Shown one piece after another: positions 26,405 to 35,086 of a stretch of 37,361 nt of DNA; the first letter of the stretch is position 1, and each line of letters starts with the position of its first letter. Below the pieces are notes generated by a model, which was not told the origin of the DNA, did not search any database, and worked only from the letters and a program-made list of their open reading frames with translations. The translations under genes were made by a program, and so were the position numbers. Source of the stretch: Candidatus Aenigmatarchaeota archaeon. GTDB lineage: Archaea > Aenigmatarchaeota > Aenigmatarchaeia > QMZS01. The stretch is from contig QMZS01000002.1 in assembly GCA_003663295.1 (NCBI GenBank), positions 1 through 37,361 on the forward strand, in the 5' to 3' direction.

Positions 26405-26803
26405 TTAAACAACAATTGAAGCGATTTTACCCAAATGAAGGAATCTCTCAACAACTTCTTTTGCCATTGGTCCTTTTACTTCCGACCCCATTGGATTTAT
26501 TTTCTGGTCTACAAGAATAACCGCATTATCCTCAAAACACACCCTAATACCATTATTCCTCTTATATTCCTTTTTCTGCCTTACCACAACTCCATACTGG
26601 ACTTTGTGCCTTAATTTAAAATCTCCTTTCTTAACAACACAAATTACAACATCTCCAACACCACCTCTTGGGAATCTTCTTTTTCTCCCTTTATAGGTTT
26701 TAAATGAAATTATCTGTATTTTCTTGGCTCCGCTGTTATCTGCGCAGTTCACCATACTCTCTGAATTCAGGCTTTTCACCACATTACTCGTTAAGGCTTT
26801 CAT
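26405..26803 (-). CDS. rpl14: 50S ribosomal protein uL14
   Basis: CADNSGAKKIQIISFK...GDVVICVVKKG...AVILVD pattern. Confidence 0.9.
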   Translation of the reverse strand: MKALTSNVVKSLNSESMVNCADNSGAKKIQIISFKTYKGRKRRFPRGGVGDVVICVVKKGDFKLRHKVQYGVVVRQKKEYKRNNGIRVCFEDNAVILVDQKINPMGSEVKGPMAKEVVERFLHLGKIASIVV

Positions 26804-26874
26804 TTTACTATTTAGTTAAAAATTTTAAACTATCAAAAAACAGCTCATTTATCATTCTTTTTTAATGAAGAATT

Positions 26875-28314
26875 ATGGATAGTTTAGAAGGAATTACTGT
26901 GACAAAAGAAGATAATTTTAGTGGATGGTACCAGCAATTAATCTTAAAATCGGACTTGGCAGAATATAGCTCTGTTTCAGGTTGCATCATATTTAAACCA
27001 ACCTCCTATGCAATATGGGAAAAAATAAGGGACGAAGTGGATAAAAGAATAAAAAAATTAAGCGTGAAAAATGTTTATTTTCCAATGCTCATCCCGGAAG
27101 CTCTTTTGGAAAAAGAAAAAGATCATGTGGAGGGGTTTAGTCCTGAAGTTGCCTGGGTAACTCACGCGGGGAATCATGAACTGGAAGAAAAACTCGCAAT
27201 CAGACCAACTTCCGAAGCAATAATGTATGAATTTTATTCAAAAGAAATTCGGTCCTGGAGGGACCTGCCATTAAAATATAATCAATGGAATAATGTTGTC
27301 AGATGGGAATTCAATAACCCAGTTCCTTTTTTCAGAACAAGAGAATTTTTATGGAATGAAGGGCACACAGTTTTTGCAACAGAAAAAGAAGCTTTGGATG
27401 AAGCAAAAGAAATAAGAAAAGTTTACGAAGAAGTTATCGAAGAATTTCTCGCATTGCCTGGAATTTACGGGAGGAAAACAGAAAAAGAAAAATTCGCGGG
27501 AGCGGTATTCTCAGAAAAAATTCATTATTATGTTCCTGGGGGGAAAATAATTGAGGGTCCTTGTTTCCATCACGACGGGCAGAATTTCGCAAAAGCCTAT
27601 GATATAAAATTTTTAGACAAAGATGAAAAAGAAATTTATGTGTGGCAGAACACCTGGGCAATTTCCACAAGAATGCTTGGAACTATGTTTACAATACATT
27701 CTGACAATAAAGGTCTTGTGTTGCCTCCAAAACTCGCAGTAAACAAAATTGTAATAGTTCCAATTATGTTTAATAAAGACAAAGAAAAAATCATAGAATC
27801 TTCAAAAAAAGTTGAAGAGATGCTGAAAGAATATTATCCCCTTCTGGATTTAAGAGAAGAGGTCTCCCCGGGATGGAAATATAATGAATATGAACTCAAA
27901 GGAATTCCTTTAAGAATTGAAATTGGTCCGAGAGATTTAAAAAATGATTCTGTGATTGTTGCAAAAAGGATTGATGGGGAAAAGATTGAAATCAAAATGA
28001 ATGACCTTGAAAAAGAGATTCCAAAACTTCTTGAAAAAATGCAAAAAACTTTGTTTGATAGGGCTAAAAAAATTATGACTGAAAATACAACAAAAACAGA
28101 AAATAAAGAAGAATTGCTCAACATGATTAAGGATAAAAAAATGGTGATGGTTCCTTTATGCAATTCTTTTGAATGCGAAGAGAACTTAAAAACAGAGACA
28201 AGCGGCGCAAAGACCTTATTCATAGACCCTAAAAATACATCTGTAGAAAATAAAAAATGTGTTCTGTGCGGAAAAAAAGCGGATTATTGGGTCTATACCG
28301 GTAAAACCTATTAA
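26875..28314 (+). CDS. proS: Prolyl-tRNA synthetase, archaeal/eukaryotic type
   Basis: FSGWYQQLILKSDL, class II motifs (IRPTSE, FRTREFLWNEGH), C-terminal Zn-binding domain ending ...YTGKTY. Confidence 0.9.
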   Translation: MDSLEGITVTKEDNFSGWYQQLILKSDLAEYSSVSGCIIFKPTSYAIWEKIRDEVDKRIKKLSVKNVYFPMLIPEALLEKEKDHVEGFSPEVAWVTHAGNHELEEKLAIRPTSEAIMYEFYSKEIRSWRDLPLKYNQWNNVVRWEFNNPVPFFRTREFLWNEGHTVFATEKEALDEAKEIRKVYEEVIEEFLALPGIYGRKTEKEKFAGAVFSEKIHYYVPGGKIIEGPCFHHDGQNFAKAYDIKFLDKDEKEIYVWQNTWAISTRMLGTMFTIHSDNKGLVLPPKLAVNKIVIVPIMFNKDKEKIIESSKKVEEMLKEYYPLLDLREEVSPGWKYNEYELKGIPLRIEIGPRDLKNDSVIVAKRIDGEKIEIKMNDLEKEIPKLLEKMQKTLFDRAKKIMTENTTKTENKEELLNMIKDKKMVMVPLCNSFECEENLKTETSGAKTLFIDPKNTSVENKKCVLCGKKADYWVYTGKTY

Positions 28315-28390
28315 ATTATAAATCGCAGCACAACCAGATAAAGGGCTTGTAAGCCATTATGAGAGCTATATATATTTTACTTATTATTTT

Positions 28391-28645
28391 ATGGACGCAA
28401 TGTGTAGAGATATTATCGGCAAAACAATTGTTTCAGAGGAAACCGGAAGAAAATTCGGACTGGTTGGAAATCTTGATTTTATTATTGAAAGTGGTGAACT
28501 CCTAAGTTTAGTTATCGAAGCCCCAACAAAAGCAGTAGAACAGATAAATCTTGAGACCGACAATAAAGGAAGTTTTTTGATTCCTTTTTCAACAGTCAAA
28601 AGTGTTGGAGATTTTATAATCGTCTCTGAAAAAGAGATAATTTAA
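28391..28645 (+). CDS. PRC-barrel domain protein
   Basis: 84 aa; DIIGKTIVSEETGRKFGLVGNLDFIIESGELLSLVIE and a terminal VGDFIIVSEKE are typical of the archaeal PRC barrel. Confidence 0.6.
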   Translation: MDAMCRDIIGKTIVSEETGRKFGLVGNLDFIIESGELLSLVIEAPTKAVEQINLETDNKGSFLIPFSTVKSVGDFIIVSEKEII

Positions 28646-28774
28646 CTGTTTTATTTGATTTTTCGAAATATGGTTTTTTTATAGATTTGAAAATATCTAA
28701 AATATTCTTTTATTTACAATGAGTTATATTACCAGCATTTGATTTGCAATTAATTTGCCCACCAAGAATTCAGT

Positions 28775-29566
28775 TTAAACAAACATCACTTCCACCCCGG
28801 CGCCAACAAGGATAACAACAGCTCCAATAAAAAGGAGCAATAAAGAATCCTCAAGAACAAAATTAAAATGCCTTTTACTCTCTTTATGTCTTGCTAAAGC
28901 AATTGACAACAGACCGCCCGCGATTCCCGCAAGAATATACCCAAGGAATTCAAAAACACCATGGGGCATATATGAGAACAATAACAAAGGTATCGCTGAC
29001 ATACTCATCATTGTTTTTGCGGTTTGTCCCACAACAACACCCAAAACACTTGCATTCCAGGCAATCAAAAGAACAGCGCCGGAAGAATAAAATAATGAGA
29101 ACACAAAACAAACCAGCATCACTCCAAGATTATTAAATAATATTTTTGAAAAAATCTCTCCGGTAGTTATTTCTCCAGTAATTTGAGAAATCACTTTTGT
29201 CTGATCAGAAAATATAACTGAATTTGCTTCCGCGGGAAGAACAAAATAAGCCCCCGCAATTACAAGAGAAATCCCGAAAATCATGCAAAAATAACTTATA
29301 ATCAAATCCCCATGTCTTTCAAAAAAACCCAAAGAATAACAATAGTCCCAGAAATGATCATATTCCTTCCTGCCCTCCTCATATCTTATATATCCAATCA
29401 TTATTGGCAAAAGGCACAGGGTTATTAGAAAAGTGAGAAAAAGCCCGCTTAGATTTAAAAAATGCGAGATTATTACAGCAATAACAGTCCCAATAATAGA
29501 AAGTATGAATATGTTCATTGGATTTTCCCTCACGGTGTTTAAACTAAATAAAGATTCCAAAACCAT
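28775..29566 (-). CDS. SpoIIM/DUF95-like membrane protein
   Basis: Polytopic; FNNLGVMLVCF...LLIAWNASVLG...PHGVFEFLGYILAGIAG matches the stage II sporulation protein M family pattern. Confidence 0.6.
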   Translation of the reverse strand: MVLESLFSLNTVRENPMNIFILSIIGTVIAVIISHFLNLSGLFLTFLITLCLLPIMIGYIRYEEGRKEYDHFWDYCYSLGFFERHGDLIISYFCMIFGISLVIAGAYFVLPAEANSVIFSDQTKVISQITGEITTGEIFSKILFNNLGVMLVCFVFSLFYSSGAVLLIAWNASVLGVVVGQTAKTMMSMSAIPLLLFSYMPHGVFEFLGYILAGIAGGLLSIALARHKESKRHFNFVLEDSLLLLFIGAVVILVGAGVEVMFV

Positions 29567-29708
29567 AACTTATTTAATCTATTTGTAAAATAACAAGGTC
29601 TTTGTTAATTAAATATCTGGATAAAGCCTAAACTATTTGTCCTTACCAATTAACAAGCTTAACAGCTACTTAAATCATTGCTAATTAAATATTTATATAG
29701 AATAAATA

Positions 29709-32135
29709 ATGGATATTTCAAAAGTTAAAAAAAGAAATGGCCAAATAGTATCATTTAGCAGGGACAAAATAAGAAATGTCATTTACAAAGCCTTCCTATC
29801 TGTTGGGAAAAATGAACTGGTGGATAAAATCGCCGAAGAAGTTATTCTTGAATTAAAAAATATTGAAAGAATTATAAATGTTGAAGAAATACAGGATATT
29901 GTTGAACATATCTTGATTAAAAATAACCTCCCCGAAGTTGCAAAAAGTTACATTTTATACAGAAAAAAAATGGAAGAGCTCAGGGAAGAAAAAGAGAGAA
30001 TTTTAAATAAAGATGAAATTGATGAAATTGATAAAAAATTTGACCTCAATGCCCTCCGGGTTATGGTTGCAAGATATCTTGAAAAAGATGAAAAAGGAAA
30101 AACAAAAGAAACTCCGAAAGATTTATTCAAAAGAGTTGCCATCCATGCAACACTCCCTTCAATTTTATATGATGAAAAAATATTTGACAAAAGCACGCAG
30201 TCAAAAGAAAACCCTTTTGAAGAATTCAGCCCGGAACAATCTGAAGGAAAACTAAAAATTGGAGAATATAATTTAAACAGATACCATCTCGAAGCATTGA
30301 AAAGACTTTATGATAGATTTAACAGGGACCATCAGATGAAAATTAGTTTTGCTGAGTTAATAGGATTAATTAAAAAAGAAGAATTCAAAGAACACGGAAA
30401 CGAAATAAAATATTATTTTGATTTAATGACTGAAAAAAGATTTTTGCCAAACACGCCGGCTCTTGCAAATTTCGGAAGGGTGCTTGGAATGGGGAGCGCC
30501 TGTTTTGTAATTCCTGTGGAAGATTCCATAGAAAGCATCATGGAAGCCTTGAAAGAAGCCGCAATTATTTTTAAATCCGGAGGCGGAGTTGGTTATAATT
30601 TCTCACATTTAAGACCTGAAGGAGATCCTGTAAGAAGCACTTCCGGGGTTGCATCAGGACCAATCTCATTTATTTCATTATTTGACAAAATGACTGATGT
30701 TATTAAACAAGGAGGTATCAGGAGAGGAGCTAACATGGGAATACTTAATATAGACCACCCTGACATTGAAAAATTTATTGTGGCAAAAAAGAAAAATCAG
30801 GGACTTACCAATTTTAACATTTCAGTATTCATAAAGCCTGAATTTTGGGGATATTATAATTCAGGAAAACCTTATCCTTTGTTAAATCCAAAAACCAAAG
30901 AAATTGTGAAATATGCGGATCCAAGAAATATTATTGAATTAATTACCTATCAAGGTTGGGAATCCGCAGAGCCTGGTGTAATATTCGGGGATAATATTAA
31001 TGACAACAACCCTTTCCTTGAATCCCTTGGACCAATCGAAACAACCAACCCCTGCGGAGAAGTCCTTCTTTATCCTTATGAATCCTGCAATCTCGGAAGT
31101 ATCAACATCGGAAATTTTATAAAAGAAGGTGAAAAACCGGAATTTGATTTTGAAAGTTTCAGGGAAGTAATTAACAGAACAACAAGATTCCTTGACAATG
31201 TGCTTGATATAAATAATTATCCTCTACCTAAAATAGAAGAAATGAGTTTAAACACAAGAAAAATCGGGTTGGGTATAATGGGTCTTGCGGACGCAATGTT
31301 TGAATTGGGAATTGCATATAATTCAGAAGAAGGAATTAAATTCATAGAAAAAATAATGGAAGAGTTAAACTATTATTCAAAAGTCGCTTCAGTGGAACTC
31401 GCAAAAGAAAGGGGGAAATTCCCATACTATGAAAAAAGCAGTTACCCAAAAGGAAAACTTCCAATCAAAGTTGATGAAACTGACGCGAAATGGAAAGAAC
31501 TTATTGAAGATATAAAAAAATATGGAATCCGTCACGGGTTCACAATAGTCTGCGCTCCAACAGGTTCCATTTCAATGATGGCTGGATGTTCATCCGGAGT
31601 TGAACCTTCATTCGCTCTCGTTTATGAAAAAAAAGTTGTTATTGGAACCTTTTATTATGTAAATCCAGTTTTTGAAAAAATAATGAAATCAAAAAAATTA
31701 TTCGGCGACAGATTAATAAGAAATATCTGCGAAAATAAGGGTGGCATCCAAAGACTGGATTTGCCTGATGAAATTAAAAAAACATTTGTTACCGCAACCG
31801 ACATTAATACAGAAGGTCACATTAAAGCTTTGGCTGCTGTAACAAAATGGACAGATTCCTCGGTGTCAAAAACAATCAACCTGCCTGAAAATGCAAGCGT
31901 TGAAGATGTTAAAAATACGATTTTGATGGCTCATAAACTTGGGTGCAAAGATATGACTGTGTTTAGACAGAATTCAATTAAAGGTGTTTATGAATCTAAC
32001 CCTGAGCCAAAAAAAGAAACAACATCCTATGAAGCAACCAAAAAAAAAGATATGTGCCCGAAATGCAAAACAAAACTTGTAATGGAAGAAGGATGCAAAA
32101 TCTGCAAAAGTTGCGGGTATTCTGTTTGCGGGTAA
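29709..32135 (+). CDS. nrdJ: Class II (adenosylcobalamin-dependent) ribonucleotide reductase with N-terminal ATP-cone and C-terminal zinc ribbon
   Basis: ATP-cone VKKRNGQIVSFSRDKI; thiyl-radical loop TTNPCGEVLL; SACFV, GGGVGYNFS; C-terminal CPKC...CKICKSCG. Confidence 0.85.
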   Translation: MDISKVKKRNGQIVSFSRDKIRNVIYKAFLSVGKNELVDKIAEEVILELKNIERIINVEEIQDIVEHILIKNNLPEVAKSYILYRKKMEELREEKERILNKDEIDEIDKKFDLNALRVMVARYLEKDEKGKTKETPKDLFKRVAIHATLPSILYDEKIFDKSTQSKENPFEEFSPEQSEGKLKIGEYNLNRYHLEALKRLYDRFNRDHQMKISFAELIGLIKKEEFKEHGNEIKYYFDLMTEKRFLPNTPALANFGRVLGMGSACFVIPVEDSIESIMEALKEAAIIFKSGGGVGYNFSHLRPEGDPVRSTSGVASGPISFISLFDKMTDVIKQGGIRRGANMGILNIDHPDIEKFIVAKKKNQGLTNFNISVFIKPEFWGYYNSGKPYPLLNPKTKEIVKYADPRNIIELITYQGWESAEPGVIFGDNINDNNPFLESLGPIETTNPCGEVLLYPYESCNLGSINIGNFIKEGEKPEFDFESFREVINRTTRFLDNVLDINNYPLPKIEEMSLNTRKIGLGIMGLADAMFELGIAYNSEEGIKFIEKIMEELNYYSKVASVELAKERGKFPYYEKSSYPKGKLPIKVDETDAKWKELIEDIKKYGIRHGFTIVCAPTGSISMMAGCSSGVEPSFALVYEKKVVIGTFYYVNPVFEKIMKSKKLFGDRLIRNICENKGGIQRLDLPDEIKKTFVTATDINTEGHIKALAAVTKWTDSSVSKTINLPENASVEDVKNTILMAHKLGCKDMTVFRQNSIKGVYESNPEPKKETTSYEATKKKDMCPKCKTKLVMEEGCKICKSCGYSVCG

Positions 32136-32137
32136 TT

Positions 32138-32488
32138 TTAGAAAGAAGGTTCTTTTTTAAGACTTTTTAATTCATTTCTTCTCGCTTCTAAATGAGCCTC
32201 TTCGAGATTTATTTTATAATGTTCAGAAATTCTTATCAGACAATATAATATATCCGCAAGTTCATCTCCAATATCTTCTTTCGTTGTTTTATAATTAGGA
32301 TTTTCTTCCCGTTCCTTCAAATAATATTTTTCAAACACCATTATATGTTTTGCCAAATCGCCAATTTGTTTTGACAGTTCCATCATCGTCACTTCTACAG
32401 TCCAGGGTCTCTGTTCCACTTTTTCAAATTCTCTAAATACTCCTTTTGTAATCTCAATTAATTCCTGAAACGTATGTTCTTTACCCAT
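32138..32488 (-). CDS. MazG-like nucleotide pyrophosphohydrolase
   Basis: All-alpha, 116 aa, with ELSKQIGDLAKHI and IGDELADILYCLIRISEHYKINLEEA (EExxD/E metal-binding helices). Confidence 0.75.
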   Translation of the reverse strand: MGKEHTFQELIEITKGVFREFEKVEQRPWTVEVTMMELSKQIGDLAKHIMVFEKYYLKEREENPNYKTTKEDIGDELADILYCLIRISEHYKINLEEAHLEARRNELKSLKKEPSF

Positions 32489-32556
32489 AATCTTATTATC
32501 TAAAAGATAGATTCTTGCTTAAAACCAGGTTAATAATTCTTTTAACAATTATTATT

Positions 32557-32830
32557 GTGCGGAGCTAGACTGGGCTGTTAGGCGGAGCCTGTAACCCGAA
32601 ATCGTCTTAGCGGGAGTTGAAAACCCTGGAAGGTATTTAAAACGGTAAAAGCCTCTTTGATTTGACTGCGAAGTCCAGCCTTGAAAGGTGGTTTTTATTG
32701 TGAATCCCCCAGATTCGGAAGAAAGCAAGGGTAAGCAGTGGAGATTATGCTTTTGAGTTCACTGGATGGAGAAGAATCAGGGAGTAAACTTTTGCTGTTT
32801 TGTTTATCGACTGGGGGGTGCTCTGCACGC
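32557..32830 (+). ncRNA. ffs: Signal recognition particle RNA (archaeal 7S RNA)
   Basis: 5' GTGCGGAGC (32557-32565) pairs fully with GCTCTGCAC (32820-32828), forming helix 1. Alu-domain-like GGGCTGTTAGGCGGAGCCTGTAACCCGAAA. S-domain helix-8-like CCCCAGATTCGGAAGAAAGCAAGGGTAAGC resembles the conserved ...CCGGAAGGGAGCAACGGTAGG... of archaeal SRP RNAs (from memory). Confidence 0.75.
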
Positions 32831-32878
32831 TTAAAATCATCTTTTATTCACCAATATTTTAATTTTAATAAATTATGG
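32783..32878 (+). repeat. Left copy of a ~96-nt imperfect direct repeat (SRP RNA 3' end plus A/T-rich promoter spacer)
   Basis: Hand alignment with 36427-36524 gives ~82/98 identical. Perfect blocks are TGTTTTGTTTATC, TTAAAATCATC and AATATTTTAATTTTAATAAATTATGG. Confidence 0.8.
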
Positions 32879-33012
32879 TAACTACAGGAGAAAAACCGGG
32901 TAAAGGCACTTATATTTGCAATAATTGCGGAACCGAAATAATACTTGATGATAACTCAGATACAATGCCTCCTTGCCCTAAATGTAATGAAACAGAATTT
33001 AATAGGAAATAA
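32875..33012 (+). CDS. 45-aa zinc-ribbon protein
   Basis: MVTTGEKPGKGTYICNNCGTEIILDDNSDTMPPCPKCNETEFNRK has two CxxC knuckles. It is below the ORF-track size cutoff. Its ATG lies inside the left repeat, exactly where tRNA-Pro begins in the right copy. Confidence 0.6.
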   Translation: MVTTGEKPGKGTYICNNCGTEIILDDNSDTMPPCPKCNETEFNRK

Positions 33013-33056
33013 AACAAGCAGATAAAATAATTTCTTAGTAAAAATCAGTTTAATAT

Positions 33057-33392
33057 TTATTTAATTTTTTTAGTAAACTCAAGAATTTTTGGATTTAACA
33101 TACTCTTTAAACAATTAACAGCTTCATCATAACAATCCTTTAATTCTCTTAAATTTTGAATTTTATCTTCCGAATCATAAGATTTTTTATTTAGATAACA
33201 TTCTTCATCAGGTAAATTTAAGACTAAAGCCGTAGTTAGTTGTCTAAATGCCGCTAAGACTTCAGATAAAATTTCATCTGCACCTTCATCTAAATAAATT
33301 AAAGCTCTTATTTTAGCTTGCAGAAAATCCTCTTCCTTAGATTGAATATTATTTTCAAATTCTTTAAAAAGTGGCTGGAGGATTGACCCCAT
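33057..33392 (-). CDS. Hypothetical all-alpha protein
   Basis: 111-aa ORF, predicted helical and acidic, with no His and no known catalytic motif. Frame-broken coding-like scraps follow upstream at 33393-33560. Confidence 0.4.
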   Translation of the reverse strand: MGSILQPLFKEFENNIQSKEEDFLQAKIRALIYLDEGADEILSEVLAAFRQLTTALVLNLPDEECYLNKKSYDSEDKIQNLRELKDCYDEAVNCLKSMLNPKILEFTKKIK

Positions 33393-33865
33393 ATCTTCTT
33401 AGATTATATTTAAAGGCAACAAGGGTCACATACAAATTACCTAATGTATCAACTTTTCTGCTTAAGAAATAATCCGCATATCATCTTTTTTCCTCAGATT
33501 CTCGTTTTTTTAACTCATAATATCGGGTTATCAAAACAGTAAATAAAGCACTCAGGGGTTTATTATATTACTCACAATTATTGTTTCTATCATCTTATCT
33601 AATATTATAAATCTAATATTATATTTATATTAAGTCAAAATACCTATAAAGACTTGATATAACTACCATATATACATATTTTTATGGTCTACTGATTTTA
33701 TTTTCAAAAGATTTATTATTATTGCTATCAGATAATTTCTAAATAAATTATGGACAGTAACGAAGAAAAGATTCAAGTATATAAAAAAGACTTAAAAAAA
33801 TATACAAAAATATTATAGGTTTAAAAAAGCCAGAACAAAGTGTATCAATTAAAGAATTTTTTGAA

Positions 33866-35071
33866 TTGATTCTGAGTCTTTTCCTTGGTTATCCCATCCT
33901 TACCGGGATTATATTTTTTATGATTTTATTTTTAATTATAATGCCCTTAGATTTAATATTTGATGCTGGTATTGCAGCACAAGGAGGACCTTTAAGCAAT
34001 GATATAGTTCCATTACTCATTATCTGGCCGTGGAAATATTGGAATTTTGTTATTCCAATCTTATTTATTATTTTTTTATGTGGTAAATTTAATGATTATA
34101 CTGATAAAAAAGAATTCAAAGAAAAAAGAAAATCTTTATTCCAAAAAGGGGAACTTATTGAAAATAAACTTAATAAACTCTTAAAAAAATATGAAAAGGA
34201 ACAAGAAATAAAACAGAAAAAGCAAGCAGAACAAATATTGCAAAAATTTTCTGAACTTACTGTAAAACCAAAAATTAAAGAAATTCAGGAGATTTATGAA
34301 AAAGCGCAAGAATATTTTGAATCTGGTGAATATGGAAAATTAGATAAACTGATTGATGACGCAACTGAACTTCGCAGCAATATTTTGTTTGAAAGGAAAC
34401 AAAAAGCAAAAGAAAAAAGGAAAGCAGAACAAATATTATTGGAAATTTCTGAACTTGCTATAAAACCAAAAATTAAAGAAATTCAGGAAATTTATGAAAA
34501 AGCGCAAGAATGTTTTGAATCTGGTGAATATGGAAAATTAGATAAACTGATTGATGACGCAACTGAACTTCGCAGCAATATTTTGTTTGAAAGGAAACAA
34601 AAAGCAAAAGGTTTGGTTAAATTCACAGAGGATTCTGGAAAGGAAATATGGGGAACGCCAACACAAGTTAAAAAATGGAAAGAGATTGATATTGATTTAA
34701 ACAACAATTTTGTAAATTTAAATGGTTATCAATTTGAGGAATTCGTAGCCAAATTATTTAAGAAAATGGGCTACAAAGTAACAGTAACTCCAAAATCAAG
34801 AGATTATGGAATTGATGTTATTGCGGAAGATAAAGAGGATATTATCGCAATACAATGCAAAAAATTAAAAGCTGGTAGTAATGTTAGTAATAGGGATATT
34901 CAAAGAGCGAGAGGTTCAATGGATTTCTATGACGCAAATAAATGTATAATTATAACAAATCAGGATTTCACAATTCAGGCTAAAGAACAGGCAAGGAGAA
35001 CAAAAAACACAGAAATCTGGAATAAACATATTTTACATCAGATGGTTAGAAGATATTTCATAGATGCTTAA
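33866..35071 (+). CDS. Membrane-anchored, coiled-coil protein with C-terminal Mrr-type restriction endonuclease (PD-(D/E)xK) domain
   Basis: Two N-terminal TM helices and two 66-aa near-identical helical repeats. C-terminus NGYQFEEFVAKLFKKMGYKVTVTPKSRDYGIDVIAEDKEDIIAIQCKK... fits the Mrr_cat pattern (D ... QxK). The start is uncertain: TTG at 33866, and the frame is open back to 33785. Confidence 0.75.
   Translation: MILSLFLGYPILTGIIFFMILFLIIMPLDLIFDAGIAAQGGPLSNDIVPLLIIWPWKYWNFVIPILFIIFLCGKFNDYTDKKEFKEKRKSLFQKGELIENKLNKLLKKYEKEQEIKQKKQAEQILQKFSELTVKPKIKEIQEIYEKAQEYFESGEYGKLDKLIDDATELRSNILFERKQKAKEKRKAEQILLEISELAIKPKIKEIQEIYEKAQECFESGEYGKLDKLIDDATELRSNILFERKQKAKGLVKFTEDSGKEIWGTPTQVKKWKEIDIDLNNNFVNLNGYQFEEFVAKLFKKMGYKVTVTPKSRDYGIDVIAEDKEDIIAIQCKKLKAGSNVSNRDIQRARGSMDFYDANKCIIITNQDFTIQAKEQARRTKNTEIWNKHILHQMVRRYFIDA
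34226..34610 (+). repeat. Two tandem copies of a 198-bp (66-codon) unit inside the Mrr-like gene
   Basis: Unit 1 starts GCAGAACAAATATT at 34226 and unit 2 at 34424. Only a handful of substitutions separate them (e.g. QKF/LEI, TV/AI, EY/EC at protein level). Confidence 0.9.
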
Positions 35072-35086
35072 ATTTATTGTAGAGAA

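Noticed and set aside
2824-28223. Numerous short track ORFs nested in or antisense to large conserved genes (e.g. 2824-3123, 4891-5124, 5453-6028, 5542-5814, 6311-6592, 17156-17849, 18341-19692, 24253-24678, 24988-25287, 25214-25693, 27434-28223)
   Set aside because: Each overlaps a gene with clear family motifs on the other strand or frame. Their compositions (poly-Phe/Ser/Leu) are the expected shadows of Lys/Glu-rich AT-biased coding sequence.
32557-32830. RNase P RNA as the identity of the structured RNA (GCGAAGTCCAGCC resembles the CR-I GGAAAGUCC box)
   Set aside because: The box is ~110 nt from the 5' end, not near P4. The RNA instead has the SRP Alu-type CCUGUAACCCGAAA element and the helix-8 GGAAG.AAGCAAGGGUAAG motif, so SRP RNA fits better.
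33057-33560. HEPN/MNT-type toxin-antitoxin reading of the 111-aa helical protein and the scraps upstream of it
   Set aside because: The protein contains no histidine and no Rx4-6H motif. The upstream text is broken in all frames, and nothing supports a nucleotidyltransferase partner.
34226-34610. CRISPR-like or satellite repeat
   Set aside because: There are only two copies of 198 bp, contiguous, in frame and coding within the Mrr-like gene, with no spacers. No CRISPR array is present anywhere in the window.
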